Shown piece by piece: positions 1-10,580 of a stretch of 64,000 nucleotides of DNA. The stretch lies in the NCBI GenBank assembly GCA_013265495.1, contig MU057887.1, forward strand, positions 1,065,985-1,129,984, read 5' to 3'. Each line of letters starts with the position of its first letter. Within the stretch, counting starts at the first letter, position 1. Below the pieces are notes generated by a model. That model was given only the letters and a program-made list of their open reading frames with translations. It was not told the DNA's origin and did not search any database. Made by a program: the position numbers and the translations under genes. Source of the DNA: Vicugna vicugna. Taxonomy: Eukaryota.

Positions 1-54
1 AACTGAGCAGATTCTACAACAGACTGTGGAAATTAAAAATAAGAGGCCAGAACC

Positions 55-86
55 ATATATATATATATATATATTTTTTTTTTTTT
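55..86. repeat. (AT)n microsatellite followed by a poly-T run
   Basis: Read directly: (AT)10, then a T run. Confidence 0.9.
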
Positions 87-949
87 CTAACCAAATCACA
101 AGTGGGAAAGATGAGGCGGCAGTAGGTTAAGGACATTTGTGATGTAGAGTTTTTATCACCTGACACTTTCATGACTGTGTATGTCACAATGGATGGTCCT
201 TGGAAACGGGTGGCAGCGGAGACTACGGGCTTATGCCTGTGTGTGAAGCTGCACTGAAGTGAGGTCAGCCCGGAATTAGCTCACAACATGGGGGCCATCA
301 GTCACGCCAGATTCTCCTATGTTTGTGTATCAATTTATATAAAGAAATCAACTGTAATATGAGTAGCCAAAGGCGCCTCTGAAGTAAAAGGGACTAAGGG
401 ACATGCTTTCTTCTCTCTCACTCTCTTTCTCCATGTATTTATATATACATATTCTCCAAACTTTCTATAACCGTTTCTTGTTATAACAAGAAGGAACAAA
501 ATACACTCTTATTAAATGTAGTCAAACTGCAACTCAACCTTCATGTCCAATGATACCATGACAGTCAAGGGTACTTTTTATTGAGTGTCTGGTATGTTCC
601 AGATGTTCCACCAAACTCCCACTACCCTGGCTCCTCGGAACACCCAGCACGTGTGAGCTGTCCCCCCTGCACGCAGGAGCACGCAGGAGCTGAGTCGGTA
701 CGCAGCGCCCACGTGGCCGAGCTGGGGGCTGAACGTGGATGACTCCAACTCTGTCCTATTTCCGTAACAATTTCCTGCCTCTTCAAGGTGAGTATTTTTC
801 CCAAATACAATCATCTTCAATGAAAATATTTTATCTTGTTTAAATAAAATCTGAAATTATTTCTGTAAACAGAATTTAGTGAAATAAATACACTAATCAT
901 TTTTTAAAAAACTTTATGACCCTGTTAACCAACAGCCAAAGTGGGGAAC

Positions 950-1080
950 ATCCCAGGGATCAAGATAAAATGAAAATGCAGGGCGCCTTGTTCCAAAAGG
1001 ATTGAGAATTTTAAGACAAGGACAGCAGAGCATAAAATGTGGCGCGACTGCACGGGCTACACACCCGTGAAGCCAGGCCG
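950..1080. mobile_element. hAT-Tip100 MITE, MER45A-like, internally deleted
   Basis: AAAATGAAAATGCAGGGCGCCTTGTTC...GAATTTTAAGAC...GACAGCAGAGCAT...GCGACTGCAC...GAAGCCAGGCCG matches the recalled MER45A consensus and the second copy at 5752-5940. Confidence 0.65.
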
Positions 1081-2589
1081 AACAAGGTCTTGGTGGGTTT
1101 TGATTGAGCAAGGGTCACATCCCCTTTGGGGACAAACTGAGCTCCAGAGATCACATATTAGACAACAAATGGATTCAAGCTTTAGGAAGACGTACAGTTC
1201 CAGATAAAATTTTCAGTCCTGGAAATACAAAATAATTGCAGCTCAAGAATGGAGTTCCCTGGTGAGGATGCCAGGGGAGAGAGCAGGCACTTCCCTCCCC
1301 TGGAAAGGGCCCAGCCTCTGAGCAAGGGGCTTGTCCAGGAGGACTACCCCCTGCAGGACGCCCCCTGGCGCCGAGCCCTGATGGAACTTCAGTGCCTTGC
1401 GGGAGAGCACAGGAGTGCACGGCTGACCAGCCTGGGTCTTGGGGAGAAATGAGAAAAGACAATGCCCGCGCTTCCTCCCGTGAAAAGAGGACCTTTTCTG
1501 GGAAAGTATCTTGGGCTTCATGGGCAGGTGGATTTTTCCCCAGCACTCTCAGGCACCGCCTAATTTGCAGGACAAGAGACAACATACTCCCCCCACTCCA
1601 ACCCCCACCCTGGTCTCCACAGCCCCCTTGCTCATTTTTCTTAAAAAAAAAAACAAACAACCCTATTCTCCCAGCCTTTCACAGAGCTCTGGGCTCTGGG
1701 ACTGTTTTCTCCATAAACATGTCTTGCAGGGAAGGACAGACAGACAAATGGATGAACAGGGTAGCGCAGGAACATCCCAAGGCCAAGTGACAGCTGATGC
1801 TCTGTGCCCCTCAGCCCCTGCTCCAGGGCTCAGACGGCCCTCGAAGGGACTGGGCTTGGCCACTGTGCAGGTCCCCAAGCCTGGGGCCGCTCAGCAGCCT
1901 CCTCCAGCCCAGACATGTCCTCAGGAGGCCAAGAGGACAGAAAATCATGCAGCAGCCAGGGAGCTTCCAGGAAGAGGAGGCCTGAGCTTCCAGGTCAGGG
2001 CCAGGCCAGTGAAGCCTCCTGCCTCACTCATGGAACACCTGACTAACGAGGGAGGACTGGGTCCTACATTTACCTCAAGTGGGGGCTGGGAGCGGGTGGG
2101 CCTGGGCCCAGGACCCTGTGTGGAGCCCAGGTCCTCTCTGGACACTGGGGGTTCCCAGCTGTCCCTCTGCTCCAGGACAGGAGCACAGGGTAGCTGCTTG
2201 CAGTGGCTGGCCCAAGATGAGGTTGCCCCTGGGAGCCCAGGCCTACTGCTGCTGCTGCACTGGGGTCAGCCACATTTCAGGGAGCATCTTGGGCCCACCT
2301 CACTCCCCCACCCCACCCCCAGATTTGCCCAAGACTTTTCTGAGTGGGTTATAAACCAGGCAGGTGCCCAAGAAAGGTGCCTCAGCCTGAGACCAGAACA
2401 CGAGGGAAAGGGCCCCATCGTGAGTCAGAGGTGGTTGTTTACCACTTAAGGAAAAAACAACCCAAAAAAGCTTCTGGGTGGAATTTCAAGTCCTGGAGAT
2501 TTCTAAGTAGCCGGCCCGCTCTCCCTCGTATTTCTTTCTTTCCTCCCCTCTCCCGGCCTGCTTTCCCTCTTTGTTGCCAAGCTCAGACG

Positions 2590-3190
2590 TCGCTGCTGAA
2601 ACCCAGCCCAGCGCCCGCGAAGCCCGGAAACTTCCAGCTCCGCGATTGTGCGGAAAGTTGGGGTCGCGGGGCCGGGGCGACAGCGGCGCCGCGGGGCCGG
2701 GGGCGTTGGTGACCCGGGGCGGCGGCCTGTGGTGGCCTCGCTCTGCCCGGCCGCGCCCGGCCTCGGACAGTCCGCGGGCCGGACGTGAACTTGACTCCGG
2801 CTCCCGCCCGCCGGGATCGCGGGGACACTCCGGGATGACCTGGTAAGCGGCGCCCAGTCTCCCGCCCTCGCCCTCGGAGCCCCCCGCGGCCAGCAGGGGC
2901 CGGGGCTGGGGTCCGGGCCGGGGTCCGGGGCCGGGGCCGGGGCTTGGGCCGGGAGGGGGCGCCCCGGGGGGAGAGCGCGGAGGACGCCGCCGCGGCCGCC
3001 ATGGAGCGCACGGCTCAGCCCGCGGCCCTCCGCGCAGCCAAGTCGGCCCTCCCCGGCCTCCTCCTGAACAAAGGCTTGGGAAGTTCGGAGGGGAATCTTT
3101 CCCGACATTTTCGGTCCCCGGGCCGCTGGGTCTGGGCGGCGGCCATCAGGGCTCTTAAAGGGGAAAGAAGCTCGCTCCGGTTCTCTTCCC
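2590..3190. promoter_or_regulatory. CpG island 1, candidate promoter (by synteny possibly the LINC00899-region island)
   Basis: Very high GC and CpG density, ETS-like CGGAA motifs near 2625 and 2651, and a + strand donor CTG|GTAAGC at 2842/2843. The ortholog assignment is positional inference only. Confidence 0.75.
2897..2960 (+). repeat. Degenerate GGGGCC/GGGGTC hexamer tract, G-quadruplex-capable
   Basis: GGGGCCGGGGCTGGGGTCCGGGCCGGGGTCCGGGGCCGGGGCCGGGGCTTGGGCCGGGAGGGGG contains more than 10 G-runs. Confidence 0.85.
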
Positions 3191-4794
3191 TTCCGTCTTG
3201 CACGCCCTCCACCCACTCTGGCTGGAGGGCAGAAGGAGGGGCACCGGTGTCACTCCGGCTTTCAGGTGTTAAACCCCCGGGGCTGGCAGGGGCCTGCCAG
3301 GGGCTGCACAGGCAGATCAGAGCCTGTGGGGTGAGGGACCCCCACAGCTCAGGGGAGGGCAGCCTTGGGCCACCTGCACAGTTGCCTCCCCTGCCACTGC
3401 AATGGGCCTGGGTCCTGGGGGCTCCAGGGTAGGGATTGTTCCTGATCCTCCCCACCTGCCTTGATGGCTTCCCTGTGGCCATACAGGGTGACTCCCCACT
3501 GCCCACCCCTGGCAGGACTACCAGCAACCACCACTCCCTCTGCTCTGCCTGGGGCTGCAGTGGCAGGCACAGGAGACACGACATGGCAGCTGCGTTCAGG
3601 ACCTGGGGATGGTGGGGGCCTGGGCCCTGTGGGGCCTTGTCCCTGGGGAGCAGGGCTGGGGACATGGGTGCCTCCCTTCACCTCTGCCCACTGGCCCAGG
3701 CCCAGGCCTGGCTCTGGCCAGTTTCTGTGCACCCGTCTCCTCCCTGTGCCTGAGGCAAGGCCTCCAGTGAGTGGCCTGATCCCTGGGGAGCACCTATAGG
3801 GTGGGCGGTGGCAGGGCCTCAGAGGCTCCAAGAGCTGGGCCCTGGGCCCCGGGCTCTGAATTTGACTTGATGCCTGCCCCCTCCAAACCCCAGCCCAGGC
3901 CTGGTCCCCCCAGCTATAGCAGGGACTGCTGGCTGGGCATGCACTTGTTCCTAGGCAGGTTCCCAACCTCACCTCCATCCCCAGGGCTCCTGAACCCCAG
4001 AGTTTCCCTCAGTGAAAGGCTACAGGGACAATGGGTGGAGAAGGCCTGGGCCAGCCAGGGGCCAGACAAGTCACCACCCTCTATACCCTGGACACTCCAG
4101 CAGGGTCCTTAAATGGTCAGGTCAGCCAGGTGGGGTGCAGTAGAGAGTTTTCAGGCACCGTGGGAACAGACAGCCCAGGCCTGCCCTAGGTGGGGGCCAC
4201 ACGAGGCTCCTGCCAGATGCTGCCAAAAGGGTAAAGACCTAGGGTTTCAGGCCTTCCAGCCCTTCAGGAGCAGGAAATGCAGATTTGTGCATAGAATGTC
4301 CCAAATTTGAAAACAGTGAGTGCGGAACAGAGGAAACACATCCTGGGGTTGAATCCAACCTGTGGACATCCAGGTGGCAACCCCTGTGTCTATGTGAGCT
4401 GGTTAGTGTTGAAAGGAAGTTTTTGTAGTGACCCCAGCTCCAGCCCGGCCTCTGACAAGGAAGCCCCATAGATCTGGAGGGAGGGAAGTTCACACCTCAT
4501 TTACCCCTCATCACGAAGGAATCATGGGAAGTGTCGGCCTCCATGTACTGTGTCCTTCAGGTGCCTGAAGCTGGCTTGCCTCTTTAAGACCTGATCTACT
4601 TAGTGGAGCTGATTTGAAGCTAAAATCTATCCACTCAGGCTCCACCAACCAGTGCTCAGTAAGTAATGAAGGAGAGACAGGATGAACTTGAACTTGAACT
4701 TTCTTCCCAGGCCAGACAATGGAGCCACCGCTAGTTAGGAAAGCCTGGGCTTATTGATGCACTAAAGGGGCTGGCTCTTCAGTGAGCCAGGCCT

Positions 4795-4986
4795 GGGCTT
4801 AAACCCCTGCCCAGTGTAGATGGGTGGCCCTGGGCCAGTAACCTCACCTCTCTGAGCCTCAACTTCCTCATTCATAAAATGGGCTTAGTAATAGTTCTGA
4901 CTCAGTCGAGCCTTGGGAGAATCGTGACTCCCGTGGGAATGCTTAGCGTGGCAGTAGCACGCGGAGGTACTCAGTAAACCTTAGCG
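4795..4986 (+). mobile_element. MIR SINE
   Basis: Core CCTGGGCCAGTAACCTCACCTCTCTGAGCCTCAACTTCCTCATTCATAAAATGGG and 3' part TGCTTAGC...ACTCAGTAAA. Confidence 0.8.
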
Positions 4987-5751
4987 GTGCCTGTTTTACT
5001 GACGTAGAGGTGGACTGTGCCTTCTGGTTCCTCTAATACATCACCTGCTTCTGGGGCAGCACAGGAATTCCTCAAATTTCATGTCAACTCTCAGTCGCTT
5101 GCCTCTCCCCACTTTTTGTTTCTTTTCTTACCCCACCCCTGAGCCCCTCCCCTGTGTTCATGGCTCTGTACTGAGCACTGGGGGTCAAGAGGTGAGTCTG
5201 ATAGGGGCCCTGCCTTGAGAAGCTGCCGGATGCCCTGTGCAATTATCACACCAGGATGAGGTTCTCTGAGCTAACTTTCCATCCAGAGAAGGTATTTCCT
5301 GCACAGTTCTCCTGCCGCCAGCCGTGCAGTTTTTGTTGAATGCCCCCAGAGATGGGAAGTTCAGCACCTCTCTGGTGGTGTTTCTGCAGAAGCTGCAGGT
5401 GGAAGCCTCTTAGGTATCCCTGAGCCTTCACTGGTGGGACCAGCTGTGGGACAGGACTGCGGCAGTAGCTCTGGGTTTGCTGGTTTTCCCGGGGAAAACA
5501 CACATCTGGTAAGAAGGTCCTAAAAACTTAGGGGAGGTGCTGATTTCAGTCTCCAGGAATGTACTGCAAGTGATCGATGCATGTCTTTATAAAACAGAGT
5601 CCCACTTCCCGTTTTTGCCAACAGCCCACGTAGGAAGGAGAAAGGAGAGAAGGGGCCACGGTGTGGGAAATCAGACAAATTGAGAACAGAGAGCTGGTTG
5701 CTGCACTCCTGGAAGGCAAGGTGGAGCATCCAGAAGCCCAGGGCTCCTTGC

Positions 5752-5940
5752 TGAGACTGGTGGCATCCCTGCAGAGTCCAATGCAAAATTAAAAGGGGGG
5801 ACCCTTCTTCAAAAATGGTTAAGAATTCCAAAACAGAGACAGCAGAGCTTTAAAGCCAGCACGGGCCCTTCTGAGTGCAGGGCCTTGCTGAGTGTGGGGC
5901 CCTGTGTGGCAGACAGGCCGCAACCCCCCAGCTGGCCCAG
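5752..5940. mobile_element. hAT-Tip100 MITE, MER45A-like
   Basis: TGCAAAATTAAAAGGGGGACCCTTCTTCAAAAATGGTTAAGAATTCCAAAACAGAGACAGCAGAGC...GGGCCCTTCTGAGTG...GGGCCCTGTG matches the recalled consensus. The end GCTGGCCCAG resembles the terminal inverted repeat. Confidence 0.7.
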
Positions 5941-7164
5941 CTCCTTACACGTGTTCCTGCCGCGTGCCGAGGGCCGAGCAGGACCCGCCGGCAGCTCCGT
6001 TGAAGGAGCGTGACTCTTCTGCACTGATTTTTTTTCTCATCACTGATGTTATGTGCTAATTTTAGAACATTTTGAATCCTCAGAAAAGAAGAAAAGTTTT
6101 CAATCACCTGTGAAACCACCCTTAGAAATAGCCAGTGGGAATGCCTCACCTTGCTGCTACAAAAACAGAATTTCAAGCAAAATTAGCATCTTATTATATG
6201 TATCATTTTATCTTCTGCTTGTTTCATTAAACATTTTATCACAACTCATTCTTTAGTATCAGAAGATACTAGTCAATAAATTGATTTTTAATGACTTTTT
6301 AATATTCCTTAGGTGTGTCTCCTTAACTAACCCCTTATTATTTGACACTTCGGTTGTTTCCAATTATTTCGAGTTTTCCCTGTTGTAAACACACTTTGAG
6401 GAATTCTGTGTGCACATTTCTGCTTGTTTCCTAAGGGATTGAAGGCTGTCAGGAGAGATCTTCAGGTTCCAGAAGCTTTTTGAGGTTGTCTGAACTTCCA
6501 CCTTGGCCAGGAGCTCAGCTGCCAGCCTCCAGCACAGTGGCAGTACTAGGGGGCTAGCCTGCCTGGCATCTTTCTACTTGTAGAATAAAACCCCACCCTC
6601 CCCAGAGCTGACTTGACTGGGCAGTTCTGAGCACGGACTGCACACACAGCACCGGCTGCCACGTGTACAGCTACCATGTGATATGCTTTAACCAGCCCCC
6701 TTTACGGATGAGGACCCTGAGCCCAAAGAGCAGAGGCGCTAGCCCAAGGAACCCCTGCCTGTCCTGTTGTGAGAAGGACACATGATTACAAAGCAGAAAA
6801 TGGCCCCTCGTCCTGACAAACTACCGACAGGATCTGGGGATCCAGGCTGCCTGGACGGCTGAGCCTGTCGGGCTGGGGGTAGGATGAGATTCGGTTGAGT
6901 GAGGGCGATACTCAGTAAGTAGTGGTGAAGGGAGGGGGAGGGGGAAGAGGGACAGCCCCTTAGGTGAGCTTAGAGCCCCTTAGGGGAGGAGGGCTCTGCA
7001 GGGCACTTGGCCACCCAACCGGAGGCTCCTGAGTGCAGGGATGAGGTCTGCTGAGCCCAGCCCAGCTCTGCCCACCACAGAGGAGCATTGTGTGTGGAGT
7101 GACTGAGTGACCACATTTTCATGGCCTCCTTCAGAGCCACTGGGGCCAGTCCAGGGTGGGATGG

Positions 7165-7523
7165 TGTGTTAGTTTCCTATTACTGCCATAGCAAAGTTCA
7201 CTGATTCTAATGCCTCGAGCAACCAAGTTTATGAAGGTTGGAAATCTGAAATGTCTCACGGGGCTAAAGTCAAAGTCTTGGCAGGGCCGCTTTTTTCTGG
7301 AGGCTCTAGGGGAGACTCCATTTCCTGGCCTTTTCCAGCCTCTAGAGGTGCCCACATTCCTTGTTTCACGGCCTTTCCTCTGTCTTCAAAGAGAATTGTG
7401 TCTACCTGACCATTGCTGGGAAAGTTCTCTGTGGTTAAGGATGCGTGTGATTAGATTGGCCCCACCTGGATAACCCAGGCTGCTCACCCAGCTCAGGCCC
7501 ATGATTCCATCCACCTGCAAAGT
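7165..7523 (-). mobile_element. MaLR LTR, MLT1C/MLT1D-like, partial
   Basis: Starts with the reverse-complemented LTR end TGTGTTAGTTTCCTATTACTGC. Diagnostic blocks are CTGGAGGCTCTAGGGGAGA, CCTTTTCCAGCCTCTAGAGG and GTGATTAGATTGGCCCCACCTGGATAA. Confidence 0.85.
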
Positions 7524-7664
7524 GGGTTCAGACTGTTCTGAATTTGTTCCTAGGCTGAAGAACTTCCTGCTAGAGGCCCCAGTGGCCCCAGCCCTTGCCC
7601 ACCTTGAGGGTAGACATTCTGGGCACTCAGGCAGATTCTCTGCTCAGCGAGGAACTGCTCTTCT

Positions 7665-7800
7665 TCCTCTCAACCCCCTGGGGCAGGTGGAGTGGTCACC
7701 ACTATCATCCCCACTTTACAGGTGGGCAAACTGAGGCCCAGAGAGTCCAGATAACTTGCCCAAGGCCATACAGCTGGCAAGGGGCAAGGCTGAACTTTGG
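7665..7800 (-). mobile_element. MIR SINE
   Basis: ATCCCCACTTTACAGGTGGGCAAACTGAGGCCCAGAGAG...AACTTGCCCAAGGCCATACAGCTGG is the reverse-complemented MIR core. Confidence 0.85.
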
Positions 7801-8864
7801 TGATAACTGGACCGTAAATCCAGGGCTCTGTGCCCCCCCCAACAGCCACCTCTAGGAACGTGGTCTTTCCTGGCTCTCACCTAGCCACAGCCCTTAATTC
7901 TTTCTAGAAGGGAGGCAGGCCTTCCTGCTCTGTTCCCAGAACAGGCTGCTGCTCTCAGGGACAGAAGGGCAGTGGGGCAGCCCTCGGCAGGTTGCTCGTG
8001 TGAGTGTGGGTGGATCTGGGAGCTTCACTAGGGCCAGGGCCTCACTGGAGCTTGCATTTTAAGGGGTAAATGTATCGATGGCAAAGGAAGAGTCATCCCA
8101 GCCAGAATGGCCGCCACTCTTCTCCATCCAGCCCCCAACCCGGCGCTTTGGGGCGTCTTTACCCAGCACCAGCGCAGCACCTTGACTTGCCCAAAGCTGA
8201 GCCACTCTGAGTGAGAAAATGAGGAAGAGGACTTCCGGGGGCAGCGTCTGAAGCGGGGGTGGCACTCAGTACACACAGGACAGCGGCCGAGGGTGTGCTC
8301 CCAGGGCCCGGGCTCTGCAGAGGGCGCAGTCAGCGTCCCTCTGGGGCCCGGGCCTGGCATGGGAAGGGTTAAGCCACCGCGGGCACCTTGGCATGTCGCG
8401 CTGCCCAGAACGTCCAGCTCCCCACCCCCACCACTTTTCTTCCTTTTTGCCTTTTTCCTTCTTAATTAATCATACGCTGCTGCCCAATTTAAATATGGAA
8501 ATGCCCAGGCCAGGCGATGCCATTATTCCCGAGGCCAGGCGGGCTGTCCGGGGCCGGGGCTGCGGGGAGCATGGTGGCATCGCCCCCTTTCTGGTGTGTG
8601 TGAAATTATGTGCACAAAAGGCGCCTCCTTATCTGAGTGTGTGAACTAAATAAATAAATAAGGGCTTTTGTTTGTTTGCCGGCTCCTGCACATGGCTGTT
8701 TTGACTAAACCGCCCGTGTTGTCTGTGCCTTTATGGGACTCAGGAGACAGGAGGCAGGGGGAGGCCCCCGCGGCCGGCCTGGGCCGGGGTGGGGGCGGCC
8801 GCCGGGCATCTGGGCCTCTCCCTCCCCTGGCACCACTGCACCCCGCACCCCTCCCTACACACAC

Positions 8865-9169
8865 CCTTGCCGGAAAGTTCCCCAGCCCGGGCCGGGCTCC
8901 CAGGCAGCTTGGCGCCGTGCCAGGCTCGCCGCCGAGCGCGGGCAGCAGGGTGGGGCGAGCGGCGGCAGCGCCGAGGACGTGGCCGGGCGCCCCGGGCGCG
9001 AGCAGGACCCGAGGCCGGGAGGCCGGGCCCAGAAGGTGAGGGCACCCGGGGTGGGCACGGGGTGGGCGCTCGGCGGGCAGCAGGCGGCACAGCCGGCCCG
9101 GAGCAGGCCCGGGGCGGGCAGAGGGACGGCAAGCAGAGGACGCGGCCACACAGCTGGGCAGTGCCAGGC
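8865..9169 (-). other. PRR34: Non-coding ortholog of the human PRR34 (C22orf26) ORF region, frame-disrupted, no ATG
   Basis: AWHCP (9155-9169) and SAHPVPTPGALTFWA (9027-9070) are in one frame, PRVLLAPGAPG (~8982-9014) in a second, and PHPAARARRRAWHGAKLPGSPARAG (8881-8955) in a third. These are colinear with the human PRR34 peptide as I recall it. Confidence 0.65.
8870..9035 (+). ncRNA. PRR34-AS1: Candidate first exon of a PRR34-AS1 / long MIRLET7BHG-type lncRNA
   Basis: Antisense to the PRR34-like segment within the island, with donor AAG|GTGAGG at 9035/9036. The TSS is a guess. Confidence 0.45.
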
Positions 9170-10070
9170 GTCGCCGCTGCCCGCCCAGCCGGCCTCCCTC
9201 CCGCCCGCCCCAGCCCGGCTCCGCGGGGAGGCCTCGCGTGCACGGGGGCCGGGCAGTCGCAACAGACCGAGCTGTGGCCGCTCTGGCCGAAGGAAGGCCC
9301 AGCGAGGCGGGGCCCAGGGCTGTCAAGGAGAAAAACATCCCAAGGCCTGCAAATTGCTGCTCTCAGCTTTTTTTTCCTCCTCCTGCTTGGGAGGAAAAAA
9401 AAAAAAAAGCAGCGCTTCCTCTGGAGGCGGATGCAAAAAGCATGCAGAATTTTAACCATCTCCTGCGCTGTCCTTCCCCAGCAGGGTGGCCTGGGCCCTG
9501 CACAGTGGCACCACGGGAGGGGGAATGGTGAGAGCCCCAGATGCCTCTTTCTGGGAAAGGCTGGAAAGCCAGGACCCTTGCCCCTCTCCAGAAGCTGGGC
9601 CCGACACAGGGGTGTGAGGAGGACTGGAGGGTGTGGGTGCCCAGGGCTGACACAGAGCTGGCACGTGGTGGGCCGCTAGGCACCCTAATAATTACCTCTG
9701 TGTCACCATCACACATGCCTGGTGGGCCCATCTCTTGGTGTTGAATGTGGTACCCGGGGCACCTGGCTGGGGACCCCAGCACAGCAGTGGGGCGGGGGTC
9801 TGGGTTCCCACTGACGTGAGGCCTTCAGTCATGCTGGGATCCTAGGCCTTTCTCATGATCGAGTTTTGCATTTTGAAAATAATGTGGAAAGTCTTCTGGT
9901 GGCTGTTGGGGACTTCACATGCCATTCATTCAGGGCAGGACTTATGAATTCTGGAGTCAAGAGGGTGATCTGGTCACTGGAGGAACGGCAGGCAAGTCCC
10001 ATATGCACCTCATGGGGGTGAGGATGCCTTTCAGGAAGAGGTCAAGGGAGCTCGGAGGGGTGGTCCAGGG

Positions 10071-10580
10071 AGGCACAGTGCCCAGGGCCCAGGAATATGT
10101 TTTAATTTTAATGTTTTTTAAAATCAGAAGAAAAAAGGGGAGGTTCCAAGCCAGGGGGGAAAGGAGGTAGGAAGGGATAAATTGGGAGTTCGAGATTTAC
10201 AGATACACACTACTATATATAAAATAGATAAACAACAAGTTTCTTTGGTAGTGCACAGGGAACTATATTCAATATCTTGTAGTAGCCTATAATGAAAAAG
10301 AATATGAAAAGGAATATGTGTATGTACCTGGATGACTGAAACATGATGCTGTGTACTAGAAATTGACACAACATTGTAAACTGACCATACTTCAATTTTA
10401 AAAAAATCAGAAGATAAAATGACTATAATGACAATGAATACATAATGATGAATTAATTCGGCATGGGTTATATTCATCTTTATAGCAATGCAATCATAAA
10501 ATATAATTTTTAATATTTATGGAGAAAGGAACCATGAAAGCAAAACTGCTTGGATCCACAGAAGTCATGACGGGGCCCTG
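10071..10580. mobile_element. Old hAT-Tip100-type DNA transposon (MER96B-like) interrupted by an L1
   Basis: The left part AGGCACAGTGCCCAGGGCCC...TTTTAAAATCAGAAGA resumes after the L1 with GGTTATATTCATCTTTATAGCAATGCAATCATAAAATATAATTTTTAATATTT and ends AAGTCATGACGGGGCCCTG. The subfamily name is from memory. Confidence 0.55.
10132..10402 (+). mobile_element. 5'-truncated LINE-1 (3' UTR only) with a 12-bp TSD
   Basis: GGGATAAATTGGGAGTTCGAGATT...ATATAAAATAGATAAACAACAAG...CACAGGGAACTATATTCAATATCTTGTA...ACAACATTGTAAACTGAC is a typical cetartiodactyl L1 3' end. TSD AAAATCAGAAGA at 10120-10131 and 10403-10414. Confidence 0.9.

Larger units (their letters stand above)
8760..9320. promoter_or_regulatory. 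CpG island 2, PRR34 / PRR34-AS1 promoter region ortholog
   Basis: CpG-dense with GC boxes and CCGGAA at 8870. Minus-strand translations resemble the recalled human PRR34 ORF, and the island lies about 54 kb upstream of let-7a-3, similar to human. Confidence 0.75.

Noticed and set aside
1511..2449. 312-aa ATG-initiated ORF
   Set aside because: No domain similarity; it includes a poly-A-derived Lys run and has the composition of non-coding GC-rich DNA.
5360..5368. REST/RE1 left half-site TTCAGCACC
   Set aside because: No right half-site (GGACAGCGCC) nearby.
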